Source: Saccostrea echinata (taxonomy: Eukaryota). Taken from it: a stretch of 64,000 nucleotides of DNA. The notes under the pieces were generated by a model. It worked only from the letters and a program-made list of their open reading frames with translations. It was not told the origin of the DNA and did no database searches. A program made the position numbers and the translations under genes. Location of the stretch: contig NW_026889801.1 of assembly GCF_033153115.1 (NCBI RefSeq), positions 5,456,001 through 5,520,000 of the forward strand. The letters run 5' to 3'. Below, in pieces: positions 53,640-64,000 of this stretch; position 1 is the stretch's first letter, and each line of letters begins with the position of its first letter.

Positions 53640-55170
53640 ATGGCACAGGATGTTCTTAGATGTGAATTATGCCTAAACATTGAATTCAAATTGGAAGCGG
53701 ACGCTTTTTGTAACACATGTAATGTGAATCTGTGTAAAACCTGCGTTGGTCATCATATCATATCGATACCTTCCTTGAAGCATAATGTGATGACTCTTTC
53801 AAGTCGAAAATGTGGTTTTAAAATCCCTGTTTGTCCTCATCATTCAAAGCAAAATTGTGAGCTCTACTGTCCAAATTGTGTTTCTCCAGTCTCTGTTGAA
53901 TGCATTGCATCTGGGTCACATAAATTTCACGATATTGAGGAAATTAACAAGGTATATAAATCAAAAAGACTAAATGCAGAGAAAGACAAATTTGAATTAG
54001 AGAATTGTATATTACCAGAGTTTGATTCAATAATTGCTGAAATTGAATACCTTGATCAAGGACTTAGAGAACAGCATAAAAATCTAAAAGAGGCAATCAC
54101 ACAATGTGGGAAAACAGCACATGACGTTCTGGATAAAGTGAAAGAGAAATATTTAGCAGATGCAGACAATCTTGAAGCAGAGGATATTAAATCGGTAAGA
54201 ATACTTAGTCGTATTTTTCATCATTTGAAACTGAACGTAGAGTCAGAATTGAAAGTTCTGCAAAAGGTTATGTTGGAAAGAGATTTTAGCAAATTGGAGA
54301 GCTACTCATCAAAGGTTGAGGAACTAAGAATAGTACCAGCTCGTTTTCAATTATCAGTTCCTGCTTTTCAAATGTCCATGCTTTCCGAAGATAAACTTTT
54401 TCAAGAAATTGGAAGTCTACCATTATCTCTTAAAACTCTTTTTCCAACGGAGACAATTAAATGTCATCATAGCCTTAAAGTGTTTGAAAAAAAATTTCAA
54501 AAAGATTTTGCAAAATTCCAAAGCTACTAACCGTTTTTGATACAGGTTTCAAACACACACTAAGAGTAAGTTGTTCCAGAACACTAGACCAATTTTATGT
54601 CAGTGGGGATGCAGAATTTATCAGGCTTATAACTTTTAAAGGTGATGTTTTGGAAAAACTCGCGACAAAGTCTTGCAACAACAGATATAACGGTAACCAA
54701 AGATAATGCTTTGGTTTACGCTGATGGTAGAGATCGCAGCATAAATATTGTTAAAGATAAAAAAAAAAGTTGAATGTATCATAAAAAGATTGGAAGCCAT
54801 GGTCAGTTACCAGTACATCAACTAATGAACTTCTGGTTTCGATGTGGACCGAAAGTTTCAAAGATAGTAAAGTTGTTCGTTTTTCAGATTCTCTAGCAAT
54901 TCAGGAGATTCAATATCGAGAAGATGGACAACCTTTATATCATTACCCTGCTTTTGTGGAAGAAAACGTCAATTTGGAGGTGATAGTGTCTGACATAAAT
55001 GAAAATCAGACAAACTGGGAAAGCTAAAGTTTGTATACGACGGAAAGTTTAAATCCCAAAGGTACCCAGAATTTCATCCCTTTGGTTTAGCTACTGATAG
55101 TATCGGTAACATTCTCATTGCAGACAGTGAAAAGTTGTATATTCTTTATAAATACAAGGAAAATATATAA
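53640..55170 (+). pseudogene. TRIM-like B-box1/B-box2/coiled-coil/NHL gene; 296-aa intact ORF followed by a frameshifted NHL region
   Basis: CELC...FCNTCNVNLCKTCVGHH and CPHH...CELYCPNC...C...H..H B-boxes plus a coiled coil (53640-54530). NHL-like segments (DITVTKDNALVYAD, WKPWSV, IQYREDGQPLY, FHPFGLATDSIGNILIAD) continue in shifting frames to ~55170. Acceptor at 53594. Confidence 0.8.
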
Positions 55171-56650
55171 TGTGGTATGAAACAAAGAGCATGGAGTTAA
55201 AAACAAATGATTTAATTTTTTTTATTTTCTATCGTTTATTGGTTAATGATGCCATAACATATTTATTCAGATACATGAACTTTACTTTGGGTCCAAATAA
55301 AAGTTTTATCAGTGTTTTTAAAAATTCATGATGTAATCACATGTTAAATCTTGCATTACCATTCATAAATTAGAACTATAAAAATCCCTTATCATAATAT
55401 TAACATTAATTATATTTTCATTTTGGAATGAATTTTCTGGTCTAAAAGGAACATAATAAAGCTGAGAGACCATGCAAAGTCTGTTAAGAGTTTTTCGTGT
55501 TCATTGCGAATTAATCATGATATATCCGTAAAATGTACTTTATCTCATAATCACTCCAATGCACTAAACAAGTGAAATTAGTTTAGTTAAACAAGTCACA
55601 TAATTTACTGAAAATTGGGCAAATGTACAATGTAACTTAGTTTAATATAATACTGTAAACATACTTTTTCCACGGAGTCATGATTCCAAGGAATCTCAAT
55701 TTCTGTATAATCGCGGGTGGAAAGTTAGCGGATTTCTTAGATTTCCACTAATATGTGTCTTAAATTTACTTAAAGTATATTAGAGCTCTCTCGAGCTAGC
55801 AACTACATTAGTCTTTCTTTTTTTTTTTACTGGAATAGGCATGCTCACGGCAGGACATTCTGGAAATCGTACGTTAGATAAACTGTACCCTGTCAATTTC
55901 GTTTTATCATCTGAAAATACATATGATCTGAAGTTTCCTGATTTGTTATTCTAATCTGTACATAAATGTACAAAAAGTAACAATAACAGAGGTCTTATAT
56001 AACAGGACTGTAGAGATCAGTTATTTCTAAAATTATGATAAAACCTAGCTTTTCTTAACTACCATCCCCATTGCCGTAAGAACCGGGGGGGGGGGGCTGT
56101 GCCCCCCCCCCCATAATTTTGCCGATATATAGATAACTACAGAAAACATAGCTACTATACGCATGTGCCCCCTCAATTAAAACGTCTGATGACCTTTTTT
56201 TTTCTTTTTTTTTCTTTTCTTTTTTTTTTTCTTGTCAAGGAATTTTTGGTAGTTCTACTGATCTCCTAAATAATTGTATTCACCTCAAAATTGAAATAAC
56301 AGTAACTATAGAATGTTAAAGGCACAGTTACTGCATTTCTGACCTAAAGCCCACTCTAGATTCACCTTTCTTAATTGAGACCACCAGTCCCCCAACTCCA
56401 CCCCCACCCTCCCCCCACCCCACCCCAGTACACCAGTGTCTTCCCATTAATAATATATATCTCGACTCGGTAAATTAAACGAATAGCTCTGATACCTACT
56501 TCTGTGTTTTAAGTTTTGATGGCTACAGCGCTAGCTCACCCCTCGTCTTAAAAGATAAACTTGTTATTAGTAAAATTTTCTTTCACATGTAGTACACGTG
56601 CTTGGATTTATTAAATTTTATAGATTCTTTGTTTCCATTCGTAGACAGTT

Positions 56651-58606
56651 TTATGTAAAATATAATTTTGTTTCGCCATATTTTTCGGCTATTTGACGAT
56701 TGATATCCACTGAAGAATCTCGGTAGATTAGTTTGAGCGCACTTCCTTCACCTTTTAGTATAAATTGTTCATTTCCTATTTCATCAATGAAAGATTGCAA
56801 AGCTTCTTTATTTTCGTCCGCAAAGTCATTGAAAGCATAAAAATAACACAATTCGATGACAGAGTTAAATATTCCCTTGTCTCTTTCAACAGAATTATTA
56901 CTTTCTATCTCATTTTCAATTGTTCTTATATCATTTTCATCAAATTTATGTGGCATGTTCAGATACTCTGTTGCTTTGTCAACGTCTTTCAACAGTTTCT
57001 TGTAATCCCCATTTTCTGATCCAAAGGGACACAATTTTGACAAGACGTTATGTGGAACGAAGAAACTCGATAAGTTTTTCTTGTGCAAACATTCCTTCAA
57101 AATAATCCAGGCCTCAAACAAGCGAACAGATAAATTATCTTTTGTCCAGCACACATCTTCATAATACCAAGCCATCAAATAGAATACAATAGTCTTCAAC
57201 CAGTAGGAAGGAATAGCTGGTTCCATTCTGAAGAGAATGTCATTATACCGCTTTGGTATATATTTTTGGTCAAAGAATTTTAGCGAACGCAAAATTGTTT
57301 TCCTACCATCCATTTCAGGAAAGCTCGCCCATATTTCTTTTTCTAGAAGTGCTCTTGTCCATCTGGCCTCGCCATCAGACCTTAGTAACAAGTAAATTTT
57401 CTCTTCGCTTCGGTTGTTTTTTCGCTTGCCTTTGGTGCTAATACCTGGTCGAGATTTGTCTAAAATGTCTTGATTGAAATCAATATTTGTTTCGAATTCC
57501 GAGGGTTTTAAGCAAATACAAATATCTAGGTCCACAATTAAATGCCTGTAAATTTGCCCTTTCCAAAGCAGTTTGTTTGTTTGCGCTAAGGTTGACGTTA
57601 ATGCTGGAACAGTGTCCAACCACTTCCAACCAGGTAATACATTCTTTTTCATAGTATTTGCTAGTTCTATCTGAATTTCATTCCACACTCGTCGCATAAA
57701 TGTTTTGTCGTCTCTTCCTTCTGCTAAATCTTCTGAAAGATCTTTAAAATCTTGAAACACTTCTCGGTTTTTCACACGGACGTCTCTGTTTTCATGCTTT
57801 AAGGAATACATGCCTTCTGTATAAAACTCTAAAGACTGATTAAAACATGGGAGATCTATCATGAAATCAAACTCGTCTGGGTCACCAAATTTTGTTCCTT
57901 CAACCATGCTTCCCATTTCGATGATGGAATAATTTTTGAAAACAAGATGGTGGTTTGCCATATCTTTACAAACATTTTCCAAAATTATTCTCACGTCTGT
58001 GCGAATTTTTTCATATTCAGGGGACATTTCCCTTCGAAATGCTTCTTCGGCTTCTTTCAACACAAAATTAATCAACTCAAAATTTACATTTTGATTTTCG
58101 ACATTTAATTCTGGAATGTATGTTTCCCGAAAATTATGTCTTTCGTGGGGATCAAATGTTTCATCAAATTCACTCAAAAAAACATCGGGATTTAATTTTG
58201 GTTGCAAAGGAGATTTATCCCACGGAAGAAAAGGCCATTTGGGTCTAGAAAGAGATGGGTTTCCATCTGGCTTGATTATACTGAATGTTGGATTAAGTCC
58301 TTTTGCAATTCTCCTGATGCCTTCTCTTCTTTTTTCTATGTATTCATTAGAATGCACTGCTAAGATAGGTTCAAAAATATTATTTCCGGCTATCGGCATT
58401 GGACTGAAAGGCAGAAAAGGTTGTTTCGAAAGTACACTGCTCATGTTAGTTAAGATTGTTTCGCATCCACTGCTTCTATTCAAAAGACAATTTTGGGATG
58501 CATCATTACTTCCTTTACTGGACAATAATGTACCATCGACATCAAAAGATGTTTGTCTGTTGACACATAATTTTAGCTCATCTTCGGGTGGAGGAGTCTC
58601 TCTCAT
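56651..58606 (-). CDS. Mab-21/cGAS-like nucleotidyltransferase (cGLR), 651 aa
   Basis: GSMVEGTKFGDPDEFDF (GS + D/E-x-D catalytic motif), IVDL third acidic strand, Mab-21 C-lobe motifs ILRSLKF, PSYWLKT, SSFFVPH; uninterrupted ORF with an acceptor just upstream (exon starts 58636). Confidence 0.92.
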   Translation of the reverse strand: MRETPPPEDELKLCVNRQTSFDVDGTLLSSKGSNDASQNCLLNRSSGCETILTNMSSVLSKQPFLPFSPMPIAGNNIFEPILAVHSNEYIEKRREGIRRIAKGLNPTFSIIKPDGNPSLSRPKWPFLPWDKSPLQPKLNPDVFLSEFDETFDPHERHNFRETYIPELNVENQNVNFELINFVLKEAEEAFRREMSPEYEKIRTDVRIILENVCKDMANHHLVFKNYSIIEMGSMVEGTKFGDPDEFDFMIDLPCFNQSLEFYTEGMYSLKHENRDVRVKNREVFQDFKDLSEDLAEGRDDKTFMRRVWNEIQIELANTMKKNVLPGWKWLDTVPALTSTLAQTNKLLWKGQIYRHLIVDLDICICLKPSEFETNIDFNQDILDKSRPGISTKGKRKNNRSEEKIYLLLRSDGEARWTRALLEKEIWASFPEMDGRKTILRSLKFFDQKYIPKRYNDILFRMEPAIPSYWLKTIVFYLMAWYYEDVCWTKDNLSVRLFEAWIILKECLHKKNLSSFFVPHNVLSKLCPFGSENGDYKKLLKDVDKATEYLNMPHKFDENDIRTIENEIESNNSVERDKGIFNSVIELCYFYAFNDFADENKEALQSFIDEIGNEQFILKGEGSALKLIYRDSSVDINRQIAEKYGETKLYFT

Positions 58607-58720
58607 ATAAACGACTGTTTCCTTGGAAATTCGGTTCTAAAATGAGACAAAATACATTTTCAATTCGGAAACAATTAACTTACTCCTATAACCAGTGGTG
58701 TGAATCAATAGGTACCGTAT

Positions 58721-58764
<44 letters not shown>

Positions 58765-58798
58765 TATATATAGATATATATATATATATATATATATA
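58721..58798. repeat. (GATA)n/(TA)n compound microsatellite
   Basis: Direct reading. Confidence 0.95.
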
Positions 58799-60789
58799 AA
58801 TTACACCTTTACCTTTATTCAAGGGTATATCAGGGTTTATCAACTGACCTGCATACAACTGTATCTTATTTATCCCTCAAAACTATATATGTTACGAATA
58901 GTTATATAACTGAAAACTAAGAAAAGAATTAAATCACCACAAGAAGGGTTTGCATAAAAGCCCAACATTTTGAGATTTTAAAAAAAAAAGTTGAAAATTG
59001 CCGAAATCTGTATATATGTCTTATGACCGGCTCTTAAGTTTTCTTCCATTATTCTGAATCTCATACACAATGGTTAATTCATTGTATCACAAAAAGGTAA
59101 AGTGAAATTAAAATTCATTTATTTGTCGCGTTTCTTGGTGTATTAACGTTTTAGTGGACCTCACGAAACACTGCAATTGCAAACCTTCATTTGCAAGCAG
59201 AAGTTTACCGTACCAGTCCTTTAAATATCTATTTTACTTTTTCATAGAGCTCAACATTTCAGGACATTGTCCTTTTACAATATGTTACCCTTATAAGCAT
59301 GCGTATCAACTATCAACCTTGTAGTGCTTAATTTCAGCCCCCTCATAGTAACACTTTTTTTCTCATTAAAAATATGTTTTATATACAGTATGTGGCTATA
59401 AGTGAGTCATAATTGCATTTTATTACTATATGTTTCACTAAAAAACCAATTTTTATAAAACAGTTGTGAGGTGTCAATTTTAGCCTAATTTCCATAATTA
59501 TTTTACTGTTTTATTCAGAAGTGTTCAAATTTTCTTTTCTTAAAATGCTTCAAACAGAATAATACACCAATCAAATCATCAAGTCGAACTTTCTAACCTC
59601 AAATTATAAACTCAAATTACTATGATTTCTTAACAATCTAAAATCGTAAAATTCTGATTTTGCATTTGATGGGTGATATCACTGCAACGTCTATAGCTAC
59701 AATTATTCAGAAGTTATGTAAATTCTACATTTCATTGTGTTTTAGTCATTAAAAATAAGCCACAAATGACGTGAAATAATACTAAGAAATATACAATTTT
59801 CATATAAATATATAGTGAAAATATATAGTGAAAAAAATAAAATTATGACTCACTTACTGGTACTGTATTTTATTTTCAGAGACATACATTTTGTCGCGAA
59901 GGTGGATCCTTAAGTTTAAATCCCTGCCTTGTCGACAAAATCGTTGTGAAATACACAGATATATTTCAGTCATCTCACCTCTTTCTTTCCAGATTCCATA
60001 TTTATCTAATGACACTTTCCTTCGTAAACATAATTTGTTTAAAGTAAAAACTGAAAGTGAATTGGTCAATCGGAATTTTCCTAGTCTTACATGGTCAGTA
60101 CACGATCTTTGTTTATCTTGCCTCGAACTTGCACTACGGAACCTCATTTGTGCCATTTAAATTTTATCATGGCCGTAATGTCATTTAGCCTTCTCTTTGT
60201 TGCGTTCCGAGTTATACATTTGTTTTTGGGTTACTGATCATTTTTTGAACGGTATAAGCATTTATAGCAAATTATATTAACCGTCAGTGTTGAAATAGTC
60301 CATTGCAGCTAAAATCGGTGCATAAATAGAAAGGCAATAATGAATCCAAATCCGAGCAGTTTAGAAGGACCTTGTCAAAATTAGCTCGACTTAGGCGACT
60401 GTATATATTAACCACACTGAAATAAGATTTAAACCCCATACTGGTTTTTACTTTTTTCAGTATGAGTTTTTTTCTGTTAAAATTTGACATCGTTCCATTT
60501 TATATTATTTCCCAATCATGTCTTTTTTATTTTTTTTTTTATATTTCATTGTTTTCATTTATTATTTAGCTTTGGTTCTTACTTCAGGATAATTATTTCA
60601 ACAAAAGTTAAAGTACAAAGGTTGCTTGCGTAGCAGCAAAGTAATATATGGCTTTGCACTTTTTAAGAAGATCTTTTAACATTTTGCTTTTTTATGTTAA
60701 ATTTAGGAACCCCTTTTATGCCAAAATTTGCAATCAGAGGCCATATTTACACGAAAAAAGTAACGTAAGCATATACCATTATTAGGCAT

Positions 60790-60990
60790 TCAAATGTAGA
60801 CATACTCGGCACTCAGGGGCATTGAGTAGTGAGGGTTCTCTTTCCTGCCAACACCTGCTGTACGTGACACGGGACATCGGTTTTTAAAGGTCTTATCCGA
60901 AAAAAACTGTGACTTTCACTTTTAATAGCCGGTGCTTGGCGAGGAAACATTCACTACCTTTATCAATGTCTTAGGTTTGACGCAGAGTGG
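60790..60990 (-). mobile_element. Decayed SINE (36881-type)
   Basis: Reverse complement of the core: actcggcactc...attgagtagtgaggg...gacacgggacatcggttt. Confidence 0.7.
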
Positions 60991-62816
60991 TGAACAAGAA
61001 TCAGATTAGGAGAATGAGATTGAACCTTCCAAACACAAAGCAAACACCCTGCCACACGGCTACCATGACCGGTAGGAACGTAGCATGGACATACAAGACA
61101 TTACACTTCCTGATAATTTTTCTGTTATTTTTGATTTTTGCAATGGCCTTGGCCATAGAAACCGGGGTCGGGGGGGGGGGGGGGGGTTGGGGCAATGATT
61201 GTACCTATGTATAGTATACTATTAAATAAATACGTCGTATAAAGTATTCTATAGAAAAACAGCTACTTTATGCTTGTGCTCTCTCAATAATAATATCTAA
61301 TAACCCTTTTTATACTTGTCAAGTTTTTGTCCACTGTATACCCCTTACTAAAATGGTTGCCTCATCCCACATCTGAAATTGCTTCCAACGGGTCTGATTG
61401 TTGTCTAGAAGTTCTAAAGAAGAAGCCCCTTTTTATAGATTTTTCTTTTGTATTTTTGTTTTTCTACAGTTTACACTGATTTCCTTTTGGGATTCTTTAT
61501 CTACCCCGAGGTTCACGATTTGAACCAACTTAAATCTACACTACATGAAGACGCTTTAATGTAAATATAACAATTTGAAGCTCTGTTGTTTAAAAGATCT
61601 TTTATTCAGAATTCCCTTTTCATTGTAAAGCATTAATTCCTATTTACTGCCCGAGAGCACATGCATTCAACATGCTTAAATATTAATAATATAAGGAACC
61701 ATTTACAAGACACATTTACTTGATACTATAGCGATTATGGAGAGAACGATCTTTAAATGACTCTACATTATTTTCACTAATTCGTAATTATCTCATCTTG
61801 AAATGGTGAATGGAAATTCATTCAAAAGAGTTGAAATCATCTAAATGCATCAGATGACTGACAAGTCCTTAAATAGAAGGAACTGAATACTTGAATGCAT
61901 CATAATTTTGCTCGGCATATATTTTTGGAAATGACTGAGTTATTTATCCGTTGATAAAATTTCAGAACATTTTTATCTAGATCTGGTTTGTCCAGTAATC
62001 CTGTTGTTAATCATATCATCAATGATATCTGATTTCTCACGTTTTAATCAAAAGCAATTTTTTCTGAAATATAAAGTAGTCAATAAAAAACAAATATATA
62101 TTATAATTAATATAAAAGCCTGAGTGTTTTAAAATCAATTAAACATATTACCAGGATTTAAGACTAAATATCTTATTAATAAGAAAAACGGCATGACTTT
62201 ATCCATGTATAGTTTAAACAGGTACGTACTTTCAATAAGCACATAATATCTTTCTATGTCTAGTTTTGAAGTATTCAAGCTAAAACGAAATTGGGAGTGT
62301 ATAGCAATTTGAAAGTTAAACTTGATATGTCGACACAATAAATACAGGTATTAAGACAAGAGTCAGTGAAGCATGCATCGATAATTAAAGTTTATAAAGA
62401 CAACTTTAAATGGACACAGCCTCTAAATATGCAAGTTACAGGTAGATATGTAAATAGTTTTAAATTCCAGCCGTCTTAATTTTGAGCACAAGAGCAATAT
62501 ATTGTAATTACTATTCTGATATCTCCAACGCTGAGAAAACCTTCAATCAGGACAACCGCGTGACAGACGCACTAGGGTAAGAAAAATAAAATAAGAAAGA
62601 AAAAAAAGAATAAAATAAGAAAAAAAAGTAAACCGTAGCATTATGTTCAAATCCCATACGCGCATCATTTAAAAGTTAGCAAATCTATCAAATTTTCAAT
62701 TCTGTTTGTAGCGTTGGAGTGATAACAAGTTGTTTTACGCCTTTTTTCTTTGGTAAAACAGAAAGATTCATATGTGCATTTTTCTTGTTTACAAAGATAC
62801 AACTACCACATGTAAA

Positions 62817-63384
62817 ATGGCAACAGCATCAGATCTATACTCTGGAGCACAGTATGTTAAACGATGTCAACTTTGCCCTGGAAAAATTAGAAAATCTATA
62901 GCAGAAACGGTGTGTAATACATCTCAAGTCAGTCTCTGTAAAGACTGTGTAGGTCAACATATGATCTTCGATCCAAATGTAAGACATGTTGTTGTTACCT
63001 TTGAGTTCAAAAAATCTGAAATCACTCCACCACAGTGTAGTGTTCACTGAGAAGAAATGTTTGAATTGTTCTGTGAACAATGTGACTCTCTGCTTTGTTT
63101 GAAAAGCCTTGCATCTGGATCACATGAAAATCACACTGTCTCACAAATATCTAAAATTTACAGCTCTAAAAAAAACTCCCATAAGAAAAGACCCAGATGA
63201 ACTAGAAGCTGACATTGCACCTGTGTATGAATCAATTCTGTCTGGAATCGAAGCAATGCCATGGGGTATCGTCCAAAAACATGATGAAAGACGAAAATCT
63301 ATGAATGACCTTAGTAAAACATGTCACAAAATTGTAAACAAGGTCTTTGAAAAATATCAGAGATATGTCCAAGACACGATGTAG
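62817..63384 (+). pseudogene. Second TRIM-like B-box gene, disrupted
   Basis: MATASDLYSGAQYVKRCQLC...LCKDCVGQH; in-frame TGA at 63048 inside B-box2 (continues EEMFELFCEQCD...SGSHENH); frameshift at the A-run near 63170; truncated by a repeat at ~63385. Confidence 0.8.
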
Positions 63385-64000
63385 TTACGATATCGACATA
63401 TTACTTTTTTCTAGTTTGCTTTAATACTTCTCTATTCTTGTGTGTTTAACTTTCTGTTTTAAGAAGTTTTCCTTACTGTTAATATCCATGATATCGTACC
63501 GATATCGAATCATGATTTTCAAAGGACTTTGGTTTCCATTCTTAGTATTGTGTTTTTTAACATGTGAATTACTTGAAAACTATCTTTTATAAAACTTTCC
63601 CTGTAGTGTCGGTATCGTCGATATCGATGATATCGCTTCGATATAGAATCATGTTAGCTCAACTCTTGGTAAGTATCGTCCCTGTTACTGTGTATGTGTG
63701 TTTATATTTAAACACTTTACTTTTACGAAGATTTACTTGCAACCGATATCGTCGATATCGACGACATCGTATCGATATCGAACCATGATTGTTAAAACAT
63801 ATTACTTTACCGACCTTCACCCTAATACAAAACCTTACTTTTAAAATATCCAAAGATAATAACTTCTATGTCTCTTAATGCAACACTTGTTCATATTTAT
63901 TTTCTGATTAATAAGTTTACCCTACTGTCGATATCGACGATATCGTATCTATATCGAATCATGATTGTTAAAACATATTTAACAATTTCCTCCCTAACAC
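63385..64000. repeat. Tandem repeat rich in gatatcg motifs, running off the window
   Basis: gatatcgaa(t/c)catgatt recurs near 63500, 63775 and 63950. Confidence 0.75.

Noticed and set aside
58116-58610. 164-aa + strand ORF
   Set aside because: Antisense shadow of the cGLR CDS.
63048-63050. In-frame TGA as selenocysteine in the second TRIM
   Set aside because: The gene also has a frameshift, lost Cys ligands and a truncation, so ordinary pseudogenisation is the simpler explanation.

Overview
AT-rich, intron-containing eukaryotic DNA, most likely from an oyster-like bivalve (inferred from Helentron/166-bp satellite elements, Deu/Nin-type tRNA SINEs and B-box/NHL TRIM genes). The ORF track mostly misses the real genes because they are spliced. 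Manual exon reconstruction shows a tandem, + strand family of small type I membrane proteins: signal peptide, ~125-aa Cys-patterned ectodomain, Ser/Thr-rich stalk, single TM and Tyr-motif tail. Copy A (424-3546) lacks its first exon in this window, copy B (13.2-14.7 kb) is broken, and copies C (18516-25106) and D (43467-46727) are complete. The tails differ in a paired-receptor-like way: D has NPxY plus a canonical terminal ITIM, C has NPxY but a stop codon just before a degenerate ITIM, and A has neither. Downstream lies an innate-immunity-type block: a frameshifted B-box/coiled-coil/NHL TRIM gene, an intact 651-aa Mab-21/cGAS-like nucleotidyltransferase (cGLR) and a second TRIM pseudogene. 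Intergenic and intronic DNA is dense in mobile elements: mariner/Tc1, TTAA- and 8-bp-TSD MITEs, nested Helentron-type elements, Penelope-like RT fragments, SINEs with TSDs and long palindromes. There is one assembly gap (1352-1560). All gene models are manual inferences without transcript evidence.
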